Shown piece after piece: positions 50,808 to 62,919 of a stretch of 64,000 nt of DNA. The notes below the pieces were generated by a model that was not told the DNA's origin, searched no databases, and was given only the letters and a program-made list of their open reading frames with translations. Positions within the stretch are counted from its first letter, which is position 1. Each line of letters begins with the position of its first letter. The DNA comes from Okamejei kenojei. Lineage: Eukaryota. Made by a program: the position numbers and the translations under genes. The DNA is taken from the NCBI GenBank assembly GCA_035221665.1, contig CM069133.1, positions 144,770,001-144,834,000 of the forward strand. The letters run 5' to 3'.

Positions 50808-51659
50808 CCTGCCCAAACACGTTCCCTATCCCGCTGAGTTACTCAAGCACTTTGTATCTTTTTGCGCCAAAAATCCCATTGTTGTGACAAGTTCCCAGAC
50901 ATCCTACAAACTTGGTAATGGCCGACTATAATATTCCTCACCCTTCCAGTGAAGGAACGGTGGATAATGACACTATGACCACACTATGACCACACTGCCC
51001 ATGTTTACCATGTTATCTAAACTTCAGTATATTTACAGCATTATTTAAATACTCAAAGTCCCTGAACAAAGAAAAAAGCAGCAGAGAAGTTAGCATTAGC
51101 TTGTGACAGTGTGGCAAAAAAGAGCATTGAGAATACTGAAATTATTGACCATCAAAGGAAAATAGCTGGTCATACCTCACACAAATGAAAAGGGTGTGGT
51201 TATTGGAGTTCACTTTTCACAGCCCAGTACATCACTGATCTAGTATCATCCTCAAGGTAATGTCCTCGACTGAATCACTTTATTGCTGATTTTACAATGT
51301 CCTTCCATTATAAAATCCAAGGTGAATTTGCAGCTCCTAATAAAGTTGTCTGGGTGTGGCCATTCAGGTCAGGACTGTGAGACAAGAAGCGGGCGCAATT
51401 CTTGCTTGAAAGTCCTGGGCAATGGTAATCTCCAATGGGAACGTGTCGATCCACTAACTTTACTGTCAAGGAAACCACAACCATCAAACGTCCTGGAGCC
51501 AACGTTGACCAGAAACTTAACTTCCAGGCAATCATTGAAGTCATTCCCTCCCCCTCCCCAACTCTTTATCATCACTACACGGTAAAGGTCAGAAGCATGG
51601 TGGAATATTCTTGCTTGCCTTTGATAAGTTCAACTCCTACAACGTTCAAGAAATGTCAC

Positions 51660-52880
51660 ATCATGTTATACAGCACGGAAACAGGCCTTTCCGCCCAACT
51701 TGCCCATGCCAACCCAGTTTCCCATCTACACTTGTCTCACCTGCCTGTCTTTGCCCATATCCCTCTAAACCTTTCCTATCCATGGACTTGTCCAAAACAC
51801 TTTTTAATGTTGTTGTAGTACCTGGTTCAAACTACCTCCTCCGGCAGCTCATTCCATAAACCCACCACCCTCTATGAAAACATTGCTCCTCAGGTTCCTT
51901 TAAAATGTTTGCCCTCTCACCTTAAACCTATGTCCTCTGGTTCTCGATTCCCCTATTTTCGATAAAATACTCTGTGCATTCACCCTATCTATTCCTCTCT
52001 TCGTCATTTACACCTCCATAAGATCACCCCTCATCCTCCTGTGCCTCAAGGAATAAAGTCCTAATCGGCCCAGCCTCTCCCAATTGCTTAGGCTCTCAAG
52101 TCCTGGTAACATAATTGTAAATAGTTTCTGTACTCTTTTCAGCTTCCGACATCCTTGGGTGATCGGGTGACCAGAACTGAACGCAATAATCAAAATGTGG
52201 CCTCACCACGTTCTCGACCACTCTATCCATCTGAGGATTATTTGTTCACTTTACTATGCATCAATTTCTCTAACATTTCCTCTTTCCTGTTAAAGAGATG
52301 CTCCATATTATCGTGATACATGTTCCAATATCCCCTATCTCTGTATCCTTCTCAGTTTATTATTGACATAAAGTGTTCATTCAGGACATTACTCACATTC
52401 TGTGGCTCCACACAAACACTTCCCTTTCGGTCCTAAAAGAGGCCAACTTTTCCCCTATTTAATGCTAATAAAAGATTTTAAAATTCCCTTTAAATCTTTG
52501 GCCAGGAAAATTTAATGTGCCTTTTTATACTCCTAACTTTTTTCTTAACATCTCTTCTACATCTTTTATAAACCACATAGGGCTCACTTGATAACAATTT
52601 CCTAATCCTGACATACACTTCATTTATCCTGATCAAACTCTCAATTTCTTTGGTTAACCAAGGATCCCTAATCTTACCATATTTGCTTCTAACTCTTACA
52701 GGGACATGCTGGCTCAGAACCTTATCTCTCTTTTAAATAGCTTCCACTATCATATTTTGTTGTTCCCAATCTAGCTCTTACTTTTGCCAGGTACTGTTTC
52801 ATACTCTTGCAGTCAGCCCTCCCCAAATTTAAGGTACTAACTTTAGGTAAAACCTTATCCTTTCCCATGACTGCTTTAAA
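51660..52880 (-). mobile_element. Older CR1 fragments
   Basis: LGRLGLYSLR.RRMRGDL and linker-region remnants. Confidence 0.75.
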
Positions 52881-53597
52881 GCTTTTATTGAAAATAAGAA
52901 ATGCAAAATAATTTTGTATTTTTGGAAGCAATTCAGAAGACTAACATATTATTGTCCTCTTTAAAACTGTGTTTGCTATGTTTGTAAAAGAAAGAAGTGA
53001 AAAAATACGCACAATTCCATACATTCCATTACTTGGCCTGTCATTTTGAGTGCAACAGGTTAAGAAGGGCGAGCACTGGTTGCATGATGTCATCACTCGT
53101 CAGAAATGTCTAATTCCACATTGAGAATTGATGTCCCAATTTACCGCCGCTTGGAACTCCTCTCTGGACTGGAAAGGGCACACAACATCGGTCATTGTAT
53201 TAGCACTATCTTAAGTCAAGATGATGCATGTTACGCTAATATAGTAAAAACAAATACTTAGGTGCAATTCAGTTGACATAATTCGATTTTGTTTCAGTCT
53301 GGATCACATGTGACAACAGTATCTCATTTCATCTATTGCAGCTCTGTACCATTTCTCACAATTATTCCCCCCAACAAATAAAAGTACATACATTAAATCA
53401 GAATGGCTAGAATACTTCAAGAATATGTTATATTTTCAAGTTTAAATTCTATGACTTTGCTTAAACTTCATGATTACTGCCTTGAAAACATGATCATTCT
53501 TGATTAACATCGAAAATATATATATTTCTTGGACTCTTGATTTTTTTAAGTTTTGCTACTATGACAAGAAAGAAAAAGCCACTGCTTAATCTCTTAC

Positions 53598-53972
53598 ATT
53601 ATTAAGATTGTTAAGGGTTTGGACACGCTAGAGGCAGGAAACATGCTCCCGGTGTTGGGGGAGTCCAGAATCAGGAGCCACAGTTTAAGAATAAGGAGTA
53701 AGCCATTTAGAACGGAGACGAGGAAACACTTTTTCTCACAGAGAGTGGTGATTCTGTGGAATTCTCTACCTCAGAGGACAGTGGAGGAAGGTTCTCTGGA
53801 TGCTTTCAAGAGAGAGCTAGATAGGGCTCTTAAAAATAATGGAGTCGGGGGATATGGGGAGAAGGCAGGAACGGGGTACTGACTGGGGATGATCAGCCAT
53901 GATCACATTGAATGGCGGTGCTGGCTCGAAAGGCCGAATGGCCTACTCCTGCACCTATTGTCTATTGTCTAT
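53598..53972 (+). mobile_element. CR1 3' fragment with (TATTGTC)n tail
   Basis: FFSQRVVILWNSLP..GYGEKAGTGY. Confidence 0.92.
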
Positions 53973-54344
53973 TATTAAAAAAATGGCTCAGATGTGGGTG
54001 GAGCCCTGTGCTTCTATATTAGCTAGGTTCATAACAAATTCACATGCAGATGCAGGTCACAACACAACTGATTTCTCACTAGTTTCTTTTCACTACAGCT
54101 ACTGACTGGATCAGTGGTATTGCTGAATTTGGTCTTATGTTGGCTTTCAACGAGAAGTTTCCTCAAAGCATTACAAATCTCCCTCCATGCATTCAAGAAT
54201 TGTAATATTAATGCAGCATGTCTATACATGTACTTCATGCATTGTATGCCAATGATTCATTTGTACAATGTTAATATTCTACCATGAAAAGTCAAATGTA
54301 CAAACACTTGGAGTAGAACAATGACATTTAAAATATATTCAGTT

Positions 54345-54977
54345 TGAATTGAATTGGATTTATTTATTTGTCATTCAGACCTTTCGGTCTGAACGAAATT
54401 TCGTTCCCCTGCAGTCATACATATAATAAAAAAATGACAGAAACACACAATAAACACATATTTATCATCCACCACAGTGAGTTCACCAAACACCTCCTCA
54501 CTGTGATGGAAGGCAAAGTCTTAAAGTCTCTGTCTCTTCCCTCTTTGTTCTCCCTCTGCGCCGAGGCGATCCAGGCTTCAGATGTTGTGACCCCACCGGG
54601 TGATGGAGGTAAGTAAGTCAGTCCCGCGGTTCAACCGAGCTCCGCGAACGGCCCGGGGTGGTCGAAGCTGCCGCCCTCCAGACCAGCGGACGAAGCTGTT
54701 GTTGCGGGAGCTCGGAAAAACAGGTCACCAACCTGTGACCTGCGAGCTCCCGACGATGTCGTCTATTGGGCCCGCGGCCGAGGTTACGGTCGGGTCACCT
54801 GCTGCCGCTGCTGCTGCCACCGCTCCGGGCCGAGTCGGGTCGCTGCCGCTGGAACAGCTCTGGGGCCGAGTCGGGTCGCCGCTGCCTCTAGAACAGCCCT
54901 GAGGCCGCCAGCTCCTCCATTAGGCCTCGGCGCAGACGGAGACGAAGACGGGGAATATGACAAAAAAAGTCGCACCG

Positions 54978-55016
<39 letters not shown>

Positions 55017-55070
55017 AAGGAACAGACCAAAGACATATTTCTCCCCCCACCCACATACACACAGTTTCTC
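54345..55070 (-). mobile_element. GC-rich non-autonomous retroposon related to 18877-19680
   Basis: Shared GACTTTGCCTTCCATCACAGTGAGGAGGTG..CTCACTGTG.TGGATG hairpin domain and TGAATGACAA.TAAA 3' end with (AATTC)n. Confidence 0.7.
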
Positions 55071-55228
55071 TAGTGCTACATTTTAAGGTAAAAGGACACA
55101 TTATTCTATCAAATTATATTCCTAATTCATTTCCCACTGAATCTTCTAAACAGTTTTGAATCAAAGGAAGATGATATTTGTTGGATTCATTTTATTTTTT
55201 CTGTAATTTGTTTTCTCCTTTGTTCCGG

Positions 55229-56035
55229 TTGTGAGGTTATCCACTTTAGCGGCAAAAACAAAGGGGCAGATTATTATCTCAATGGGGTTAGGTTAGGTAA
55301 GGGGGCGGTACAGCGAGACCTGGGTGCCCTTGTACACCGGTCACTGAAAGTTGGCGTGCAGGTACAGCAGGCAGTGAAGAAAGCTAATGGAATGTTGGCC
55401 TTCATAACAAGAGGATTTCAGTATCGAGTAAAGAGGTTCTTCTGCAGTTGTATAGGGCTGTGGTGAGGCCACATCTGGAGTATTGTGTACAGTTTTGGTC
55501 TCCTAATTTGAGGACGGACATCCTTGTGATTGAGGCAGTGCAGCGTAGGTTCACGAGATTGATCCCTGGGATGGCAGGACTGTCATATGAGGAAAGATTG
55601 AAAAGACTAGGCTTGTATTCACTGGAGTTTAGAAGGATGAGGGGGATCTTATAGAAACATATAAAATGATAGAAGGACTGGACAAGCTAGATGCAGGAAA
55701 AATGTTCGCAATGTTGGGCGAGTCCAGAATCAGGGGCCACAGTCTTAGAAAAAAGGTGAGGTCATTTAAGAGTGAAGTGAGAAAAAATGTTTTCACCCAG
55801 AGAATTGTGAATTTATGGAATTTCCTGCCACAGAGGGCAGTGGAGGCCACGTCACTGGATGGATTTAGGAGAGTTAGATAGAGCTCTAGGGGCTAGTGGA
55901 GTCAAGGGACATGGGGAGAAGGCAGGCACGGGTTATTGATAGGGGAAGATCAGCCATGATCACAATGAATGGCGGTGCTGGCTCGAAGGGTCGAATGGCC
56001 CCCTCCTGCACCTATTTTATGTGTTTCTATGTTTC
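55229..56035 (+). mobile_element. CR1 3' fragment
   Basis: CEVIHF..RPHLEYCVQFWSP..TTCTATGT tail. Confidence 0.94.
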
Positions 56036-56277
56036 CTTTTGTTTCCTTACTGCAGACACCATTTCATAGCTAGGGATCAAGAAAGTGACTTTCTCTTTAA
56101 GCCCTGCCATTGATAATTTTGATCTTGTTCTCAAAGATAGAGACCAAATAGTTGTCTCCTCCCCTTCCCAAAGCCAGAGCAGGGGAGGAATAATATGCAG
56201 AAATTTGCCACATGCTAATCTCTAGCATAGCACACTTGAACAGTCATTGGACCATGTTATTCTAACAATTCCTCAAG

Positions 56278-57490
56278 TGGAGTCAAGGGATAGGGGGAGA
56301 AGTCCATTTCCATTTCCGGCACTTCCCTTCCATTCCTTGACCTCGCTATCTCCATCACAGGTGATAGACTCCTGACCGACATCCATTATAAACCCACTGA
56401 CTCCCATGGCTATCTGGACTACTCTTCCTCCCACCTTGCTTCCTGTAAGGACTCCATCCCCTATTCCCAATTCCTCCGTCTACGCCGCATCTGCTCCCAG
56501 GATGAGGTGTTCCACACCAGTGCATCGCAAATGTCCTCATTCTTCAGGGAACGGGGATTCCCCTCCCCCACCACAGATGAGGCTCGCACCAGGGTCTCCT
56601 CCATACCCCGTAACACTGCCCTCTCTCCCCATCCCCCCACACTCAACAAGGGCCGAGTCCCCCTGGTCCTCACCTTCACCCCACCAGCCGGCACATACAA
56701 CACGTAGTCCTCCGCCAGTTTCCCCACCTCCAACGTGACCCCACTACTCGCCACATCTTCCCATCTCCCCCCGTCTGCCTTCCGCAAAGACCGCTCCCTC
56801 CGCAACTCCCTTGTCAATTCTTCCCTTCCCTCCCGCACCACCCCCTCCCCGGGCACTTTCCCTTGCAACCGCAAGAGATGCTACACTTGTCGCTTTACCT
56901 CCCCCCTCGACTCCATTCAAGGACCCAAGCAGTCCTTCCAGGTCCGACAGAGGTTCACCTGCACCTCCTCCAACCTCATCTATTGCATCCACTGCTCCAG
57001 ATGCCAGCTGATCTATATTGGTGAGACCAAGCGGAGGCTTGGCGATCGTTTCGCCAAACACCTCCGCTCGGTCCGCAATAACCAACCCGACCTCCCGGTG
57101 GCTCAGAACTTCAACTCCCCTCCCATTCCGTATCCGACCTCTTTGTCCTGGGCCTCCTCCACGGCCAGATTGAGCAACACCGCAAATTGGAGGAACAGCA
57201 CCTCATATTCCGCTTGGGGAGTCTGCATCCTCTTGGCATGAACATCGAATTCTCTCAATTCTGTTAGCCCTTGCTGTCTCCTCCCCTTCCCACCTCTCCC
57301 TCAGCCCTCGGGCTCCTCCTCATCCTTTTTCCTTTCTTCCCCCTGCCTCCCCCCACCCCCCATCAGTCTGAAGAAGGGTTTCGGCCCGAAACGTTGCCTA
57401 TCTCCTTCGCTCCGTAGATGCTGCTGCACCCGCTGAGTTTCTCCAGCATTTTGTGTACCCTCGATTTTCCAGCATCTGCAGTTCCTTCTT
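56278..57490 (+). mobile_element. Penelope element, 5'-truncated, with 15-bp TSD
   Basis: RT thumb plus GIY-YIG (NLIYCIHCSRCQLIYIGET); hammerhead motif at ~57368-57395; TSD TAACAATTCCTCAAG at 56263-56277 and 57491-57505. Confidence 0.94.
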
Positions 57491-57544
57491 TAACAATTCC
57501 TCAAGAAGATTTATTTCCGATGATATTAGTATTTTGTGATTGAA

Positions 57545-57815
57545 AAGGGTTAAGGTGAGAGAGGAAATAATTAATAGAAACCTGAAGGACAACTTTTTCA
57601 CTCAGTGGGTGGTGGGTCCAGGAAACGAGCTGCTAGAGGGGGTAGTTGAGGCATATGCTATTACAGCATCTAAATGACACATGGATAGGTAGATGGATAG
57701 GAAAGGTTTATAGGAATATGAACCAAATGCAGACAAATGGGACTAGCTTAGATGGACCATCTTGTCATTATGAAAGTTGGACTAAAGAGCCTGTTTCTAT
57801 GCTGTATGACTCTAT
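57545..57815 (+). mobile_element. CR1 3' end (older)
   Basis: AACTTTTTCACTCAG..GCCTGTTTCTATGCTGTATGACTCT. Confidence 0.8.
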
Positions 57816-58478
57816 GTCTCATAGAATGTAACTATTTATTTTCCCACAGGTTCACAGTGACATATTAATACAGTATGGTTGCCCCCACCCTCTTAATCAG
57901 TTGACATGAGGCAATATATTTGGGAGAAGTGTGAAACTCAATGGGCTGGACAAACATATAATGTGTACAGCAGAGATAAAATAATCACAAATCAACAATT
58001 AGAACTACAATAAAATTGGAGTTTGCATGTGTGGCTGTCATTGCAGTTACATGAATCAGGTAGTTATTAACAGAACATGTGAAAAGCTTCAAAGTTTCAT
58101 TGAAATAATCTGGCAGGGAGGGAAGGGGAAGGTTTGATTATTGATGCTGAAAAGTTCCCTATGGAAAGTGGGGATAAACTGTCTGTGAGTTCCAACATTT
58201 GTGAAGACGTACCATGTGAAATACGGCTGGTCTGCAACTGTAGTGCAGTGGCTTAAAAAGGCTCAAAATCACTAAATTTAATCTTAATTGGGTATAATTT
58301 GCTTAGGCAAGATATCTCTTGGTATCTGCTTTTGCTTATGCATGCCCACAAATGCTTAGGTTTTATAAATTTTAAACTGTTGGAAAGTGCAAGCTGATAT
58401 AATTATAGCAAGGAAAACACAGCCATCTGAGACCTGGGCAAATGGCGAAATACCTTTGCATTACATTACTCGTTTAAG

Positions 58479-58653
58479 ATAGACAAAATTGCTGGAGAAA
58501 CTCAGCGGGTGAGGCAGCATCTACGGAGTGAAGGAAATAGGCAATGTTGCGGGTCGAAAAGCTCCTTTGCTCCATAGATGCTGCCTCACCCGCTGAGTTT
58601 CTCCAGAATTTCTGTCTACCTTCAATTTTCCAGCATTTGCAGTTCCTTCTTAA
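58479..58653. mobile_element. Inverted + direct Penelope tail pair with 16-bp TSD
   Basis: TSD ACATTACTC(G/A)TTTAAG at 58463-58478 and 58654-58669; arms ~58481-58537 and ~58563-58619 are reverse complements. Confidence 0.85.
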
Positions 58654-58750
58654 ACATTACTCATTTAAGTATAGGATTGTGACATTAAAAGTGCAATGAC
58701 TTGGAAGATCATTTATATTAAAGTGGGGAAGTTCAATGTAAAATCGGAGA

Positions 58751-58972
58751 TGAATCTGTGGAATTCTCTGCCACAGAAGGTAGTTGAGGCCAGTTCGTTG
58801 GCCATATTTAAGAGGGAGTTGGATGTGGCCCTTGTGGCTGAAGGGATCAGGGGGTATGGAGAGAAGGCAGGTACGGGATACAGTTGGATGATCAGCCATG
58901 ATCATATTGAATGGCGGTGCAGGCTTGAAGGGCCGAATGGCCTACTCCTGCACCTATTTTCTATGTTTCTAT
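58751..58972 (+). mobile_element. CR1 3' end
   Basis: NLWNSLPQKVVEA..TTCTATG tail. Confidence 0.92.
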
Positions 58973-60479
58973 GAATAAAGAAAGTTTTGAATACGGAAAA
59001 TAGAAAAGAATCGTAAAAAGAAAAGTAACAAGAATATTTATTTTACTTAATAATTCCAAGAACAAATAAAACTTGAAAGAATGTAATAATCAATTTGTAG
59101 TACTGGAGAATTTGTAATTCTTTGGTAAAACATGTACCTAGACTAAAACAAACAAGCCAATACTTCTGCAGTGTATTTTGTTCAGATCGACTGAGCAACT
59201 TCCTAGAAGTGGCAACATGTTACTCTTGCATCAGCTGAGCCACTTAGGGATTGTGGCATGATGATTTAAATGAAAGCAACACATTGAAAAGGCATGAAAT
59301 CTGCAGGTGATTAATTATGTGCTTCGACTTTAGAGGTTCCACACATTTACCCTGGCGAAAAATCTTAAAATGCTTGTGCTTACTTAGGCTGTTCCGACTC
59401 CTAGTTCTACCTACTAGCAGATGGTAGAACCATATGCATATGGCCCTGATGCCAAGATCGACACAATGGAAATACAGGCTATGATCCTTTAGAGCAACCA
59501 AGCAGTTTCCTGAACCATCTTTAAGCCAATGCAGGTTTATCCTGCATCCCTTGAGCCATATACAGTTTTGCCTAAACAAATCTTTAGCAATATAAAAACA
59601 CTCCATGAAGAAAAAAAATCATAATAAGCTTCATAATTCAGACAGGAGTGGTTTTAGCTTTAGTTCCCTACTATGGATCCCAATGCACGTGCTCAACAAT
59701 GAGGCAAACAGTTCTTTAATAAGAGAAACGGCCGGACATGGAAGTACTGGGGTGAAATCTAAATATCACAAAATAATTGAAGGCCAGTAATTATTCTGCA
59801 AATGTTTTAAATTATATGGTTCATTGCAAAGATTTGCAACCAAAAGCCTTCATCTTATCCTGCAAAAGTTGATAATTTTCACATCAACTAACAATTGCAT
59901 GACAGTTAACTATAATCTAAATTATTTCAAAATTAGCGTGGGATAAACTTAGCAAGAGAAAATTAGATCTATTTCTAGGAAAGGAAATTCATAACATGCA
60001 AATAGAAATTAGTGCTTAAACTTAAACCTAGACTATATTTTGAAGGACATGGATTAAAAGTTGGAGACTTCAGCTGAACAGGAAAGCTATATTACAAACA
60101 GATGTTGTCAAAGAAAAATAATAACCAAACAACTATTTCCTCCAAGTAAACATTAGCACGGTGCATTGAAGACTGGCTTCCTTATCAGCTGGACCTGGTA
60201 AGAAAACATATTTTCTATGGGTACTTGCCAAAAATCTGAGTACACTAAACCCTTGTTTTAATGGGCCCTTTTATGATGGATTTTGGATATAGCAGTCGGA
60301 CATGGCGACACAACCCCAGGTCCCCTGACGCTTAGAGCCCCGACTTCCGATGCCACTCCCGACTCTCAAGGTACATCAGCGAGCCCTTCTTCACCCACCG
60401 CATGGTCTGGTGACGCAGCTGTTGTTGCAGCTCACATAGTAGCCCCCCGGGGACACACTTTCTTTGGGACGAGCTTGGA

Positions 60480-60810
60480 GCTTTTATTCAGTTAAACGCA
60501 AATACAGAGCCATAACAAAATCAAGTCTGCCAATGGCAGTTTACAAACACCAATCCAACAGTTATCAGATTAAAATGTTGTCAACATTATCTACAATATA
60601 TTGTACACATTCTACACTCGACACCCCCACCCCCCTCCCCGCGGCGACCAGTGTTCACGGAAGACCTCCAGAGTCCCCATGGACACCACGTGCTCCCTCT
60701 CCAGGGACATCGGCCTAGAAGAGGGGTAGGCAGTCGACACGGGCTGATCCCGACTGCCCGCTGCCTGGAACCATGAATGGCCATCTTGGCCAGGCGCCCG
60801 GTCACCATGG
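60480..60810 (-). mobile_element. Tx1-clade LINE ORF2 C-terminus and 3' UTR
   Basis: LAKMAIHGSRQRAV, DCLPLF, SLEREHVVSMGTLEVFREHWSPR, IVDNVDNILI*; AATAAA at ~60483-60488. Confidence 0.7.
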
Positions 60811-62417
60811 GGCTCCCTCCCCTCTCACCAGCTGTTGCTTCTTGCTGTGGGCAGTGGCTTTGTCCACTCCCCATTCTACTGCTGCCGCCACCTCCTCCTT
60901 CTCCCGTTGCGCTGCCCATTCGGCCTCTCCGCACCTTTCTACCCTGGAGTTGCTGACATACTCCACATTGGAAGCGGGAGCAGGTGAGAGGGGAGGAAAC
61001 CCCTTGGTGTCCCAGCACATCCTGTCATTAGTGGTGGCCTGAAGAAAGCGCTGTTGGGCGTGGGCTACAAAGTGAGTCTCAACAACAGCTGGTGAAGAAG
61101 GGCCACTGGTGTGGACCAGCGGCATTGGCACCTAGTTTTAAGATGGAACAGCACAAGGTGCTGGATTAACTCAGCAGACTGAATCAGTCTAAAGAAGAGT
61201 TTCGATGTCACCCATTCATGTTCTCCAGCTATACTGCCTGACCCACTGCGTTACCCCACCACTTTGTGTTCCTATTGTGTATTAACTATCATCTGCAGTT
61301 CTTCATTTCAACTACATACGATGATAATACTTTGCTCGGTTATTGCTGACAATGGGCAATGACGGACACCATTCCACCCATTATGGCCCATTATAGCAAA
61401 GGTTTACTATAGAGGACAGAAATAAGTATATTTTGAAGAGGTGATGGAATTTAATATAAAACGAATCTTAAATGTTGCTGTGGGATAGATAGTTCTTGCA
61501 GTTAACCTCAGTTGAAACACAATAAGGAGCAAAAGTCAAAATGATCTTGATTTCTCACCATTTCCCATTAAATTCAAGCCACTCCTTCAATAATTACCAA
61601 ACCCGAACCTTCTCCAATCTCAGAAAGGTCATAGCATATGATTCCATGACATTTTCACTTTAGGTTCTTTGAATATTATTTCAAATGTAGGATTCAAGTC
61701 TTGTCCAATCTTATGATATGATGTCATTATATTTCGTGCTTGATCTTGTCACCTATGAGTCACGATTTGTCTGGATATTGAAAGCATGTATTATATTACC
61801 CTGCTGTAGGCTTCAATCCTGGGAGCACAGCTGTCCATAATCTACATGAATGACATGGATACATTATACTTGGTCGGCCACCTGAGTTTGCTGGTGAATC
61901 TAAAGTGCATGATTGTGTGTATTGCAACAGGGTTGTGACAGGGATGTGGTGTACAGGCAGGATGGATACGACCTGCACCTGCTCCAGACCCACTGAAGCA
62001 CCAATGGCAGGAGATCAAATATGGGTGAGTAAATCTCCTTCTGACTGCCACATAGCGTCCTCCTCCAGTTGACTCGGTGAACCTGCATGTTGAGCAATAC
62101 TAAAAGTAGCAAAGGTATAGAACAGACTCTGGTTGACAGCTTCAATGTCTTTCACTGGCTGTAGCTTAGTAATACGATCACAGACCAGTCTAGCTGCGTC
62201 CTGAAGGACATAGTTACCGACTGGATTTGTAGCATGTCGTGAGTGAACCAACACAAGAAACAAACCAACTTGACTTTGTCATCACTAATATATATGTGTC
62301 AGATTAATTTGTCCCTGATAGCACAAGTGCTCACTGTGCAGTTCTTATGAAATCAAAGCCATGTCTTCACAGCGAGGACAACGTCCATCATTTTGTGTGG
62401 CACTATGAAGATGCCAA

Positions 62418-62690
62418 GAGGGGGAGTTGAGGCTGGGACTATTCCACCGTTTAAGAAACAGTTAGACAGGTACATGGATAGGACAAGTTTGGAGGGATAT
62501 GGATCAAGCGCAGGCAAGTGGGACCAGTGTAGCTGGAACATGTTGGCGGTGTGGGCGAGTTGGGCGAAGGGCCTGTTGGCGGTGTGGGCGAGTTGGGCGA
62601 AGGGCCTGTTGGCGGTGTGGGCGAGTTGGGCGAAGGGCCTGTTGGCGGTGTGGGCGAGTTGGGCGAAGGGCCTGTTTCCACATTGTATCA
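62418..62690 (+). mobile_element. CR1 3' end with a perfect 33-bp x4 tandem repeat (62541-62672)
   Basis: Unit TGTTGGCGGTGTGGGCGAGTTGGGCGAAGGGCC. Confidence 0.9.
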
Positions 62691-62919
62691 CTTTGTTTCA
62701 TTATAGACTTTGTCTATATCAAAAAAGACCTGAAAGTATCAGATGTAGAAAATGTTACAGAAACAGGCGTCGCAGCTGTAGCACTGACGTCCTGTTGTAC
62801 CTCTAGCCAAGCTGTGCTGGCACAGAAGCAACATTGGCATCTGCACAACAATGTAGTGGCTTGGATGCAATGGTATGCTCTCTGAAGTTAGAGACCAGTG
62901 TGACCCATGCAAGTCACTT

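Noticed and set aside
53040-53100. Minus-strand C-box GTGATGA as a possible snoRNA
   Set aside because: No D-box CTGA or terminal stem at a suitable distance.
59404-59430. CTCF-like motif / small hairpin (CTAGCAGATGGTAG)
   Set aside because: Two mismatches at key consensus positions; cannot be supported without ChIP or conservation data.
61750-62270. Coding-looking minus-strand ORFs
   Set aside because: The plus strand shows decayed CR1 RT motifs (SILGAQL.IIYMNDMD, FAGESK), so this is an ancient LINE relic.
62541-62672. CRISPR-like 33-bp repeat
   Set aside because: Direct tandem copies with no spacers, in a eukaryotic LINE context.
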